The position numbers and the translations under genes were made by a program. A model generated the notes under the pieces. It saw nothing but the letters and a program-made list of their open reading frames with translations, made no database searches and was not told the origin of the DNA. A stretch of 64,000 nt of DNA from Lama glama (taxonomy: Eukaryota), in the NCBI GenBank assembly GCA_028534125.1, contig CM052816.1:23190001-23254000 (forward strand), written 5' to 3'. Shown piece after piece: positions 13,803-26,620 of the stretch (within the stretch, counting starts at the first letter, position 1; each line of letters begins with the position of its first letter).

Positions 13803-15739
13803 CAGTGGGAAGAAACATTCTGTTTGGAGACGAGTATGTGAAAAGAAAGAGTACAACGAAAAAACAATGAAAAGGCTATTAAAATCATCTGAGAAAGAAA
13901 TGGAAAAGTCCAAATGAATTAAGTAACAGAATGAAGATCAAATATGTAGTAAGGAGACAGAACCCCCAGTACTGGGTGCTTGTTTAGACAGGACTGGGAT
14001 GGAGTTACGGGCAAAAAAAGAAAAAAGAAAAAAAGGAAGGCATCTAGGCTCCCTCACAGGCTCTCATTTAGACCTCTGCTGTTCTCCACTGAGACAGAGA
14101 ACACAGAGAGAAGCGGGTTCGCAGGATAAAATACTTCAGTATTGATCACATAGTGTAAGGGGCCCTATGGTCCAATAACATCGAAAAATGAAAATAATGG
14201 AGACATTGGGAAACAAGTCACTAGGGGAGTGGTGGACACTGCCGATTGGCTTGTTCTTAGTTCCAGCTCCCTTCTCAAACGCTTTCTTGTTTGCAAAGGC
14301 TGGAAACTCCATGCTGCCTTTGCCTCATCTCTCGCGGGGAGTCAGAGGGTGTAAGAGATGAACTTGATTTTGCTCATCAGATATCCTCATATGAAACATG
14401 GATTCAAAACCGAGTGAGAGAAGAAGAGCCAGACTTGAGCTAGTTTTGATGAGACAGGACACGGCAGACGTGGCATGGATCTAGAGACGGAGAAGCAGTG
14501 GCAGCTTCTGATCCTTCAGCTTGTTGACCACAGCAGTGGTGGCAGGACCTTTAACGGCCAAGTCTCATATATTGTTTTGATAATTCCCCCCTAGAAGTTT
14601 AGCTTACAGACTGTTTTTCAGTTCTTCTGACCACTGTAGAAGAATGGTAAGCATTTCCCTTTTAGATGAAACCAGGTAACGTGTTTCTGAAACAATGCTC
14701 TTCTCAGGAACGGAGATGTCTGTAGGTTACAGAACTCTACAGGAAATGCAGACAGGTTATCTTACCTGGAAAGAAGTAAGAAGATGAAATGAGAAGAAAC
14801 TGGTCCATGGTTGACCATGGCAAAACAATTGCCACCTGTTTTCATTTGATGTGAAATGAAGCTACATCTTCATTAGATCCAGTCGTTACTGCAATGAACC
14901 ATTTGAGCAAGAGCGAAAAAAACAAATGCTTGGTGTAATGGGAGGCTCACCGCTTCAAAATGTAGGAGAGAAGACAGAAAATAACAACCTCATAGTTTCA
15001 AGTTCTCAGCACAAGGCACAGTCAGAGGTTGAGAGAGCATCTGTGATTTTCCTGAAACAATCTCTTACTGATGGCTACAAGGTGTTGGGCAGCCGAAAAT
15101 CAGAAACTGAGTTTAACATTGTGGGATGTTAAACCGCGGTGTAGGACAGTGACACTGAACGAGGGGGAAGGAGTCTGGGAGGGATGAGAATGATGGGGGG
15201 ATCTCAGGCCTTAACAGGCCACTGGGGCACTTCTTCCTCCAGCTATGGCGGAAATCAGCAGACAGCTTCTCCCACCGAGAACACTTAGAAAACCAATGAC
15301 AAACCACTGCTCCGGAAATTCGAAATCATCTGTTTGAAGGTATTGGAGAGTTCCCGGGCAACCAGAACACGAGAAACAAGATCATAAAGGGAAAGGAATG
15401 CCTCTTTCCCCTCAAGGTATTTGACAATTCTTTGTTGTGGAGTACTGGCGGCAGAGAAACTAGGTGGAGACCTACAGGCAAGAAGTAGAGATGCCAGCTC
15501 GGCAGCTGCATAGTCCCAGAGAGGCAAAAACTCGATTTGGGACAACCAAGATGCTGAAGAGAAGGGAGGCAGGGAGATGAGAGCCCTAGCCTTGAAGGTG
15601 TTTCTCCTCAAGGCATCTGCACAGAGACAGAGACTAAGAAACCACACGCAAAAGCCAATGCAAGGGAGCACAGAATTTCAAGGAGTCTCAGTGTTGAGGA
15701 TACAAGAATTATGGTAAACGCCCACCTACGAGGCACTAC

Positions 15740-16328
15740 AGTTTCACCTGGATTCCACACTTAATCTCAAATGCCCTCAATAACAGCTTAATTGCACTGA
15801 GATAATCAGGATCAATCACCCAGTCAACCTATGTACATATCCAACAAAGAAAATGTATCTGAACATAAAAATAATCCTAGTGAATTAAAAAAGAAAAGAG
15901 ACAATGCAAAAAATAAAATCAGGTTTAACACTTGTTTAGACACTTCACAGAAGACTATCATGGCTGGAATACACATTTTAAGAATGTATAGTTTATTAGA
16001 TATCATGGAAATGCAAATTTAAATCACGAGATGCTGTACAAACTCACTAGAAGGTTAAAATGAAAAAGGCAGGCAATACTAAATGTTAGCAAGAGTGAGA
16101 TTCTGCAGGAATAGAATTGCAAATTGATTACAAAAGGCATACGCTGTGACCAGGTGATACCACTTTTTGGTACACATCTAACAATAACTGCTCATATATT
16201 AACCAAAACACATACACAGATACTCACAGACACATTATTAGTAATAACAATTTTGGAAACAATCCAAACATCCTTAAATAATAGACTGGCTAAATAAATC
16301 TGGCATACTTATAAAACAGAATACCATG
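15740..16328 (+). mobile_element. Old L1 (L1ME-like) ORF2 3' fragment
   Basis: Motifs such as gacacttcacagaagac, ggaaatgcaaatttaaatcacgagatg and ggaaacaatccaaacatcc match the L1 ORF2 3' region. Confidence 0.65.
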
Positions 16329-16538
16329 CAGTTCTCAGCCAGGAGTGATTTTGGCCCCCAGGGACACCTGGCAATCTCTGGAAGACATTTTTAGTTGTCA
16401 TATTCAGGGGGAGTGCTAAAGGCATTTGGTGGGAAAAATCCAGGACGCTGCTCATCCATCCTACATCACCCAGGAGAGCCCCCACCGCAAAGAATTATCT
16501 GGTCCAGAATGTCAGCAGTGCTGAGGTTGAGGAACTCT
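16329..16538 (+). mobile_element. MER20-like hAT-Charlie MITE
   Basis: The sequence (ttctcagccaggagtgattttggcccccagggacacctggcaatctctggaagacatttttagttgtca...gtgctgaggttgaggaactct) follows the MER20 consensus. Confidence 0.75.
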
Positions 16539-17030
16539 TACAAACTACCACAAACTTAGTGGCTTAAAACAACACAGATTTATTACCTTACAGTTTTGTG
16601 GCTCGGAAGTCCACCACAGGACACACGGGATGGAAATGGAGGTGCCGGCAGGGCCGTTTTCCTTTCTGGAGGCTCCGAGAGACAATCTGTTTACTTGTCT
16701 TCTCCACCTTCTAGAGGACACCCACTTTGAGTTTTTGCATTTCGTACTGTATTTCTTGGATCCTAGACCAGGTCCTTCATCTTCAAAGGAGCAAAGCCAG
16801 CCAAGTCCTTCTCACATCACTCTCTCTGCCTCTTCCACTTTCAAGGACCCTTGTGACTACCTTGAGTTCACCTGGATAACCTAGGATACTCTACTACATT
16901 AAGGTCAGCTGAAAAGCAACCTTAATCCTATACGCAAATCAATTCTCCTTTGCCGTGTATTGTAACATTCACAGGTTCTAGGTTTTAGGATGTTGACATC
17001 TTTGGGGCCACTGTTCTGCCTGCCTCGCCC
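16539..17030 (-). mobile_element. MaLR LTR (MLT1C/D-like)
   Basis: acaaactaccacaaacttagtggcttaaaacaacacagatttatt...cacaggttctaggttttaggatgttgacatctttggggcc is a reversed MLT1 LTR pattern. Confidence 0.75.
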
Positions 17031-18464
17031 TGCTGTACAGCCGTGAAAGTTTGTACTACAGCTGTGCAGAACGGCACGCGAGCATCTCACGTACGTGACG
17101 ATGCGGAATGGCTGATGCAAAAGGGTATATAACTTACGGTTTTGTTTAAGTTAAAAAATAGACTAAACTAAGCCTATTTTTAGTTTAATGGAGATTGAAA
17201 AGTGATTTCCTGGTTTGGCAGGTAGCTTCCTGAGCCTAGCACGGGTGGTAGAGCCAGCAGCTTCAGTAACACTTTCTACTTTTGAGAAAGCTTCCCGCTC
17301 CTGCACTTTATAGGTCAGGGCGGACAGAGCAGCTTCCTTGTTAGCATGTTCTGGGGGTGGTTTGGGGGGGCTTTCCCCCGGAAACCTCCCTTAGACTCCA
17401 TTTCTTGAACCATCCCAAACCTTCTGGAAGTGATTTAAACCTCTACAATAAATCTCTTTCTGCTTAAAATAGCTTGAGTGGATTAGATTCTCTGTAACTG
17501 AAAATTCACCAGTATTATAAGGCATTAGCAAGAGCTGAGTAAAAGCTCGTTGTCAGTCAGTGGGAGGTGTGAAGCGCTGCTCTGATACTTTACAAATATT
17601 ATCCCATTTAATCCTCACAAGCGTTAGGCATTACTGTCATCTACCATAAGTGATGCAACCGAGAGTCAACGTGGTTCAGTTACCTACCTGTAGCTGGTAA
17701 TGGTGGTGACCGTGACCGGGTGAAAACTCAAAGTCCAGCCAGCGCTGCGCTCCTCCTCGAACGTGGCTGTTCAGTTTCGTTACCTTTGAGAGTAGAAACA
17801 TCCAATATATTGACTTCACCTCAGTTCTTCCAGTAGAGAGTCAAATAGCTCAACAGTGCATTTAGAGCTGATTCCCATCCCCCACCCTCCCAATTTAGGA
17901 GCTACAATGGGGTATCAGTCGGAACACTTAGCTGAGAACAATAGAAGCTGTCCTGGCTAGTTTAATCAGAAAAGCGATGTACTTAAGAATCTGAGGTAGT
18001 TAATAGTTTCGCTGGGGGATACTTTGGAAAAAAAAAAAAGAGAGAATAGACTCAAAACTAAGCTTCTAGCAATAACACTCCAAATCGTGACACAGAACTA
18101 GACTATTGGTGAAATTGTGCCCATGGCCTCTGTTGGGTACCAAATACCAGAAGTTCATCATGACTGGCACAGCCGCCAGTGCTGATTGCACTTCTGGGCC
18201 AAATGGAAGGCCCCGCAGGGGTGTCTGACCCTGGTGCTCTGGTCACGTGCCTCCATCTCCTGTGCAACGGAGGCTGGGGATTGGCTTCTGACTGCCACAC
18301 TGGAGAGGTAGTGGCCACAATGCAGACGCTTCCTCTCAGATAGAAAGGGCATAAAAGACGATGGGAAATAAATGTGACAGGTGTCCATTACAAACAGGGT
18401 TGAGGTTTAGTCCCTGCTCTATTTTCTATGCACATACTTAAAGAGTTAAGAATTTACTAGTCCT

Positions 18465-18585
18465 GGAGGAGGGTATAGCTCAGAGGTAGAGGGCCTGCTT
18501 GCCATGCACAAGGTCCTGGGTTCAATCCACAGTTCCTCCATCAAAAATAAATAAAAAGATAAACCTAATTACCATCCCCTCCCCA
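18465..18585 (+). mobile_element. Camelid-type tRNA-derived SINE with TSD
   Basis: GGAGGAGGGTATAGCTCAGAGGTAGAG (A box) ... GGTTCAATCC (B box), followed by an A-rich tail. The 17-bp TSD aagaattt(a/g)ctagtcct lies at 18448-18464 and 18586-18602, at a TT/AAGA L1-endonuclease-like site. Confidence 0.9.
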
Positions 18586-19739
18586 AAGAATTTGCTAGTC
18601 CTGAGTGTATTCCATCATTAATGAGAGCTAGACACCATCTCCTAATACATTTTGAGAGCCAGTCATTGGCTCTGCTCTCTTTAAAACAAGCTGCTGGTTT
18701 AGAAATGTTTCTTTAATGAAAAATTATGGTAGAGAATATTCATGTCACCAATTATCCATCTCACTAATGAATAAAACAAATGGTCATTAGCATGCTGCTG
18801 GCTTCTCAGTTGTGCATAATTTTATTTTTGAGCCTCTCGAGGCCCCGGTGTGTCCTGTGTTTGTAACAGAATTTTTTATGCACAGATGTTAGAGTAATCT
18901 CATGAAAATAACTGAAGAATTATGAATTGGACGGATAAATTTTAATAACCATCCCTTTTATTTAGGCTCATTTTATTTTTCTTCTGAACATGCGATTTTC
19001 TGTAATGATTTCACTTCACTAATAATTCACAGACCTTGAAAAGATCACTGTTACCGGCTACAATGTATATTCAGGTTTCAAAGTTCTACTTGCTAGCTAT
19101 ACCCAGACATGAACTGGGTACATCGCTACATCAGTCAAAAATCAATTCCTTTCTCAGAGCTCCCACAGTTGTGATTCCCCTCTGCCTTCTCTGCTGCTGC
19201 TGGCTCAAAAAAAAAAATGTAGTTAATACACACCCTCTCTTCAGGGAGGGACAAGGAATGCACATTTTTCCAAGGGTTAAAAGTGATTTGTATCTTCTCT
19301 ATTTTTTTTTTTTTTAGAACTTTTTGTATGTTATTCTCCTATGTGAGATCAGTTAACTGTCATGGCGTCATTAACATAAGTATTTTAAGGTTTCCTTCAA
19401 ATGGGTTGATAGTTAGCTCTTTATTTCCTTTGTTTATTGGGAACTATAAGCCTGCTTTATATTAAGAAAGAGTAAGAAAGGTAATTAATTAATTTAAACA
19501 AATTTGTATGAACTTCCTGTGATTTGTCAGGTAAGATAGATGCTGAGAACACAGAGAGGTGTTAAATAGACCACATAATTCAAGGTACTTGTAATTAGAT
19601 AAGACACAGGGAGCTAATTACATAAATGGACTATTCTGTCACATTGTGAGCTAAAAATTATTATTCCCTGCTACAGAACATCCCCCATCCTGTGTGCCTC
19701 CTGCCAAACTCCAGTTCTATCATCTTTTTCCATTTTAAC

Positions 19740-20260
19740 TAAAATTCTTGGGAGAGTTGCGATCTCAAGCTGTTCCTCTTCTACTTCATCTGCAACCATT
19801 TACATGTGAATTCTGCCAACCTCTTCCCCACGAGGTCACAGAAACGGCTCACCAGGGTCCCCAAAGCCCTCTCTTACTTGATTCCAGAGCAGAACTGAAC
19901 ACCGCTGACCACTGTTCCCATCGAAACACTTGCCCCTTGATTTCTGTGACACTTCACTCTCCTCACCTCCTTTCTCTGCCTTTAGACATTTCATTTTGTC
20001 CTTCTTTGCACCCTCTTTTATGTCTATCTTTTCAGATTGCTGATTCTTCGGAGTTGATCCTAATTCTCCTCTCACTCTCCATATTCTCCGGGACATTTCC
20101 ACCACACATACTGCTTGAATGATCATTTACACATCAAAGACTCCCACAGCTCCAGCACATCCTCGTCTCTCGGTCCTGAGCTCCACACTCACTATCCAGA
20201 TGCTTCGGGGCACCCTCCCATGTCACCCTCCCACAATCCTCAAAAGTGATCTCAGGCTTT
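19740..20260 (+). mobile_element. L2 LINE fragment
   Basis: L2-like motifs (acagaaacggctc..., agcagaactgaacaccgctgaccac, gactcccaca..., ctgagctccacactc). Confidence 0.6.
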
Positions 20261-20264
20261 AGAA

Positions 20265-20721
20265 CAGTGCTGTTCAAACCTTTTGCTCTAAGGTTTAACA
20301 ACTACTGAGCCCTGATAGAGATTTTGTTATTGTGCATTCTCTATAAATTTCTGTCACATAGCCTTTGAAAACTTAAAAAATATTAATTTTCAAAATAATA
20401 AACCCATCACACATTAACCTATGTAACACTTTAATGAAAAATAACTATATGTGGGAAGCAAAAAACTTAGTGAGAAGGGTAGCATTGTTCTAAATGTTTG
20501 CAGCTCTCTGTAGTACATGACCAAACACGAGGCAGGTGGAGTCTTGTGTCTGCTTCTATATTCAATCTGGAAAACTCTGCTTTACATTAGTAAGAGTAAG
20601 TGAGAATGAGAAAGGCAAATGATATACAAATATTATTATAAAATTGATTTTTACCACGATGACACCCTGAAATGGTTTCAGGGACCTCCAGGGGTCCTCC
20701 GCTCACATTGAAGAAACACTG
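20265..20721 (-). mobile_element. hAT-Charlie non-autonomous DNA transposon (Charlie1-like)
   Basis: Imperfect terminal inverted repeats (cagtgctgttcaaa ... ttgaagaaacactg). The internal gtgagaagggtagcattgtt and cagggacctccaggggtcc segments match Charlie1-type elements. Confidence 0.7.
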
Positions 20722-21854
20722 GAGTAAAGTGTTACTAGAACCCAATGTGGAAATGGCTGAGTGGACCCACCTTACGGATGTCAGCTAGGTAGTTATGACA
20801 GAAGGTCAAAAGTGGGGTTGAAATGAATGAACCTGGGCACAGATTGTGTAGGAAAGGAAAATAAGCCTGAGATAAGCTGTCAGTGTGGCCAGGCTGGTTT
20901 GGGGGTAACATGTACATCTGAGAGCACCCTAGGGACCAGGCTGAGCTGGAGCGATCCTTACCTAATGATGTCTGTGAAGGCGCTGCTGGAATGGAGGGAT
21001 CAGCCACAGCCAGGAGAGCTACCGACACACAGGAGAGGGTACTGATTTGAGCTAAGGGGCCAAGACACACCGTGGACAGTAGCAAGAGGAGTCAGGAGCA
21101 AAGAGTGAGGATGAAGTACAGGGAGGATGGAGGCAGTGCAGGAAGCTACTTTTTGAAAAAGGGGTAAGTGTCCCAACAGTCAATTTTGACTGCATTCAGC
21201 AAGGGCCCTGCTTCTTAAATACGCTGTATCATTAAATACTAAGAGAATAGAAGCATCTAAACAGTTGGGTACCACAATGGCAAAAATCTTTCAACCAGCA
21301 TGCTGGTGTAATTTTCTTCAGTCCTCTAATGAACATATGAAGAGTGGATGACTCCAATTCAGGCTTTCCTGTGGTCTTTTTTCCTGACATTTCTAATCAG
21401 ATGACTCCAAAGGAGAGGTTTCCAGTTGTTCCACTTTGCCTAAATTGCCCGAGAGCAGAGCCACCACAAATGGCAAATCAAATTAGGCACAGTACCAAGA
21501 GCCAGACCATGAGGGAGGGGCAGCTGCAGCTCTGTTCTTGCTCTGCTCGCCAAGTAGTTTACCTCATTTTTTGCTTGGAGAGTATGGCTTTTCTAATTCC
21601 ATCACAGAAGTTGGGCATTTTTATAATTTGCAACAGTGTGTCACTTACGCAAGCTGTGGTCCTACACAAGAGAAATGTTTTCAAAATTGAACAGCATGAT
21701 GGAGTTCCAGTGGCCAATGCCATCTTTCTTCCCCATAGGAAAAAAGCTCCCAAAGTTACCATGGCAGAAAAATCTAATTCTTTTGTTAAAAAAACGTGTG
21801 AGGAGTTGGTGGTAGAGGCAAAGCACTAGTCAGAATCTGTAACTGTTGTCTCGT

Positions 21855-21954
21855 TTTTATTTATTTATTTATCTTTTTAAAGGAGGTACTGGGGATTGAA
21901 CCCAGGACCTCATGCATGCTAAGCAGGCACTCTACCACTGAGCTATACCCTCCC
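21855..21954 (-). mobile_element. Camelid-type tRNA-derived SINE with TSD
   Basis: The reverse complement reads GGGAGGGTATAGCTCAGTGGTAGAGTGCCTGCTTAGCATGCATGAGGTCCTGGGTTCAATCCCCAGTACCTCC plus an (AAAT)n tail. The 12-bp TSD ctgttgtct(c/t)gt lies at 21843-21854 and 21955-21966. Confidence 0.92.
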
Positions 21955-22364
21955 CTGTTGTCTTGTAATTCGTCATTCATACCTGGATACACACAGTGAA
22001 GGGATCATCTGATCGGAAATTCAGCAGGACGGGCACCTTTGGTGGAGCTTGAAGTGATAAGACAATTGTGAAATCCTGATGACTGGCCTCCTCCATCATT
22101 TGCCTACAGTTTCTTTTTGCAAATCCCTTGAATTCAGCAAGGGTAAGTGAGGACCCAGTTTAAGAAACAGGAGTGTGCAGAGTCTAGGCGCTGAAAATTA
22201 TTTACACAAAGCTGTGACGGCGGCAGCTGAGGTCTGAGGTTGAACAAGGATGCTTTCCATCACTAGAGTAATCTATTTCTTTCCCAGAATTATCATGCAG
22301 ATCAGTAAGAATTCTTGATCACTTTTCATGTGTAGTGGACAGTTTTTTATGTCTTTACATATGT

Positions 22365-25300
22365 ACGTAGTTATGCGGATCGCCCGCCAAGCATCTGTTC
22401 TTTGGGAGGTGGAGTGGGGATTACTCCTTTCCCAATCGATTTAATTTTGGAGAAATTGTGGGACTCAGCCCACTCCTCGCCAACACAGAGGAGGGTCCAT
22501 CCCACATTAGCCAATTAGACTCTATGCTTGGAATTCAATTATTACAAAGAAACACCCAGATGTGGAATGAAATGGAAGGGAGGTTGTCTGATTATAATGA
22601 TCTATAATTAATTTGAAAATCCCTGTTATTAAAAATACCTGAATTCTATTCTGATTTTAGCCTAGGCTAAGATTTAGTTTTTCCACTTGCCTTTTGATTT
22701 TGTGAGCTACACACTTTTCTTCTAATACATTCTTTTTTCTCCCATACATTAAGCATAATTGGTTTCTGTTGACTGCAATCAAAGAAAGCTGACAAAATTA
22801 GATACAATAATTGGATTCCAGGCAATAGACCGTCAGGAAAATACAAATTACCCGGATTTGATTTTTAGGGGAGATGGAGTCATGTTGTAAGACTCCTGGA
22901 TCAGAAGATAGCTGCCCATGGTCTCTCCTGGCAAGAGGACTGATCAGTGCATCAAGTCTGCTCACTGGGAGCCATGTGCCCACTGAGGGTGAAACTCTCT
23001 GGCATAGGAAGCTGGTCCAAAAGGCTAATTTAAGGAGGATAAAGAATGCCAGATGGTGGGGTGAAAATTTGATCCTGACAGTATTGGATAAGTTAAAGCT
23101 AGAAAAACAAGCTCACATTGTGAAATGATCACTCAAAATATAAAATGAAACTATTAGCCTTTCTGTGAAAGTGCTAAAAAATACCTTATTGATTGTAGCA
23201 GTTGGTTGGAGATCACTGAAAATCAAACTGGGAGACTGATTTTCTTTGAGTTGCTGAGTTAACAGCCTTTGGATCGATAACCTTGCCAGGTCTTTTAAGT
23301 GAAAGAGCCCGAATCAAGAAAGAGTGAGATTTTTATAACTAAAACAATAGAATCTGAGAGGATTTTGAAACTTTGAGAACTTTGAACTAATGAATCCATC
23401 TGAAGTAATCTTCATTTCTCCTCTCTTGGCTGAATGTGACGTGCTGCCTTTGAAAGAAAGATCAAATTTCCACTAGTGCCTTATTACTTCTAACTAAGCC
23501 GGATTTCAAGGATCTCAATTTTGCTTAGATGATATAATGACAAATCAGAGTAAAAATATTGCAAGAATTCATTAATTTTAAGGAATATTTTGAGTTCTTA
23601 ACCAAGGATGGAGAAACACAATTTTGGTTTAGGCTAAGTGTTTTCCTATGGGTAAACTTACTAGAGTTTCTGTATCCAACATGGTGGCTCCTTTTAGATC
23701 TAAACATTTTCTAGGTTCTTTAATACAACTTGGACTGAACACAGACTTTGAATGGCAGAAAAAGACCAGAAAACCTTTGGCATAATTTGGCAGATAGACT
23801 TGAAAGAGTCTGGGGGACAAAAATGCTAGCTTGTATAGCCTATGCTTTCAGAAAACCCTATCTCATTCTAGGGCTCTCAAACTTTTCCTTCACATTGATG
23901 ATGAAGAATAGACTGATAGGAGAACATTAAATTTTCATAATGACTTTACCGGCTCTTCAAAACTGGGCTCTAAGATTTTAGTAAAAATGGGAGGAGCCTG
24001 GTGGGCAGAGCCTACACTTTGGCAAATGGGGCAGGAGTGGAGGAAGAGTTAACATCTCAGGGAATGATTTGCCACTCAGAATCCTCTAGGATGGTTAAGT
24101 AATTAGAGAGATCTACCAAATCAAATAATCAGAAAGCCAATTAGGTCTTACTTACATTGTGAAAGTGCTAAATTCCAAATCTGCTGAACAGAGGCCTGAT
24201 TTGAGTCACAATAGTAGAAAGTCCCAGCCTTGAACCAGGTCTCATGCCAGAATCAGACCAAGTCTCAGAGCACTTTGGATAAAGAAGAGGCCAGGTACCA
24301 TTAAAAAAAACGTTTTGAAATTTGTCAAAATTACACTTCCTAAGTGGAGCACAGGGTGCCAGATGGTGAGCTGCTGCAGTTCAACAGCGGACCACAAGAG
24401 ACATTAAAATCAAGTCATAAGTCCTGAAGGAAGGACAGAGGGCCCAGTGCAGACAGTGAGAGGCAGGACCCAGGGCATATGTCCTTATTAGCATATCTGT
24501 GGGTGGACGGCTTTGGGCTACTCCAGTTCAGGGCAGATCGGTCAATTCAATCCGTAAGAGGAAGGTTTGGTAAAAGCCCCACTGTGGGGTCTCATCCAAG
24601 GGGCACACAAGAGGAAGGCACTGGGGGGCAAGGGAGAACATTGATCAAAAGCGCTGTTGGAGAAATCATATCAGGAACTTCCACGGGCTTGTGATTCTGC
24701 AGGCTGCTATCTGGGGTATGTGCTGTCTTGAAGGGGCACTGCAGGCTATTTGGCCAAACGAGATGGATGCGAAGGCAGCAATATCATGGAGTATTAGCAA
24801 AACTCTTGACAGAGAGACACTGTGATAATACACATATGCGTTCCCTCATGCAACAGTTTCCTAAAGGAACCCTTGAGTATGGAAGGACTGTTTGATACTG
24901 GCTGAGAGCTGACGTTAATTTCTGGAGGTCCAGGATTCCAGGTTAGCCCAACAGTTACAATGGGTGTTGTTTGGTGTAAAAGTATGTTTGTGCTCAGTTT
25001 GCTTCATGGTAGACTCAAAAAGGATCTGTGGTTATTTTTCAAATGTCTTATTCCATAGTTGAATGTCTATCTTGAACAACTGAAAGAATCCCTTACCCAT
25101 GAAATAAGTCCAGGCTCTTCTTTCCTTTAGAACTAGCAAATTGAAAGCAAATTCATTTCACTGCAGGAATTACAAGATTAGTATCTACATTCTGATCATC
25201 ATCTCATTAAATTCCATAGGTGTGGAGTTATAAACACTGAAAAGTCATAGAGAACGGCAAGGGGTTATTATAAACCTAATCTAGTGATGACTTGATGTTT

Positions 25301-25560
25301 GCATTTCAGAGGTTTCCTTACTGAGGCAAATTAATGCAACTCCTAGCACATGGTAGGGTATTATGTCAGCTAAATCTATTTGTTGATTTTTAATGAATTG
25401 CATAAATATTTTGCTTTAACCTAGATGTATTGCTGTATACTATTACCATCCAGACACTGATTCATTTCCTCTTCTGACAAATACTACAATCTAGTATGGA
25501 CTGAAATTCATCATGACAGTATGCCATAGCCTTTCACAGTGTACAGTTTATAGATTGATA
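22365..25560 (+). mobile_element. MaLR/ERV-L LTR plus degenerate internal region (with probable nested insertion ~24340-24830)
   Basis: An MLT1-like LTR end (ggtttctgttgactgcaatcaaagaaagctgac...gataca, ~22806) is followed by aattggattccagg and ERV-L gag-like text (WWGENLILTVLDKLKLEK resembles WEWILRVWD..IKLDQ). Confidence 0.55.
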
Positions 25561-26297
25561 ACATCATGACTACAGGCTTTGAAGAATAGTAAATAATAGG
25601 AAACTTAGATGTCTTTGGTGTTATTTCTGAGGGTCAAACTCTTGGTGAGATTCTCCTGTTTAGACCCCAAATCACTTCACACTTGTAAAATCAGTAATTT
25701 TTCTCTCTTTCTTTATGTTAGAAAAAAGAAGGATAACATTAGCAAACAGCAAATTTTAAACAAGTTAAAGGTAGCATTCCAGAAAAATTAATTTCCCACA
25801 CTGTAGCAAATTGAACATGTGATATTTCTTGAGTTCGTCTATGAAATACATGTCCCAAATACATACCACTTTATATTAATAGGACTAATGAAGGACAGGA
25901 GGGACCTGCACACTTAGCCTTTCTTGTTTGCATTGGTGAAGATTTGGTAGAATTCACCTACAAAATCATCTGGGCCTGGTGCTTTATGTGGGGGCAGCTC
26001 CTTAATAACTTTCTCTAATTCTTTTATGGAAAACAGTTTATATAAGCTTTTAACTCTAATAAGATCAATTTTCACAATTAGTACTTCATAGGGAAATAAT
26101 CTATTTGGTCTAGGTCTTCAAATATATTTGCATAGAAGTCTGCAAAATAGCATCTTATATATTTTTTAAAAATTTCTTCTGTTTCAAAGGTTATTCTTTG
26201 TCACTTTTTATTTTGTATATTTGTACTTTTTCCTTTTTTCCTTGATCAAGTTATAAATTTTGAGCTACTTTGCTAATATTTTCTAAAATACAGTCTT

Positions 26298-26620
26298 ATT
26301 TAAATTGAAATACAGTCTGTTTACAATGTGTCAATTTCTGATACACAGCATAATGTTTCAGTCATACATATACATATATATATATTCCTTTTCACATTCT
26401 TTTTCATTATAGGTTCTGCAAGATATTGAATACAGTTCCCTTTGCTGTACAGTATGAACGTGTTGTTTATCTATTTTATGTACAGTAGTTAGTATTTGCA
26501 AATCTTGAACTCCCAATTTATCCTTTCCCACCCTCTTCCCCCTCTCCTGGTAACAGTAAGTTTGTTTACTATGTCTGAGTCTGTTTCTGTTTTGTAGATA
26601 AATTCATTTGTTTCTTCTTC
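26298..26620 (-). mobile_element. L1 3' end inserted into an older L1
   Basis: Reversed artiodactyl L1 3' UTR (ttacaatgtgtcaatttctgatacacagc...gatattgaatacagttccc). The TSD aaaa(t/c)acagtctt lies at 26285-26297 and 26621-26633. Older L1M-like sequence flanks it (~25930-26720). Confidence 0.8.

Noticed and set aside
21344..21829. 161-aa ORF
   Set aside because: It has a non-ATG start and no recognisable homology or exon structure.
21882..21954. tRNA gene (tRNA-Ala-like fold with A and B boxes); likewise at 18465 and ~34160
   Set aside because: The A-rich tails, target-site duplications and three diverged copies mark these as SINEs, not tRNA genes.
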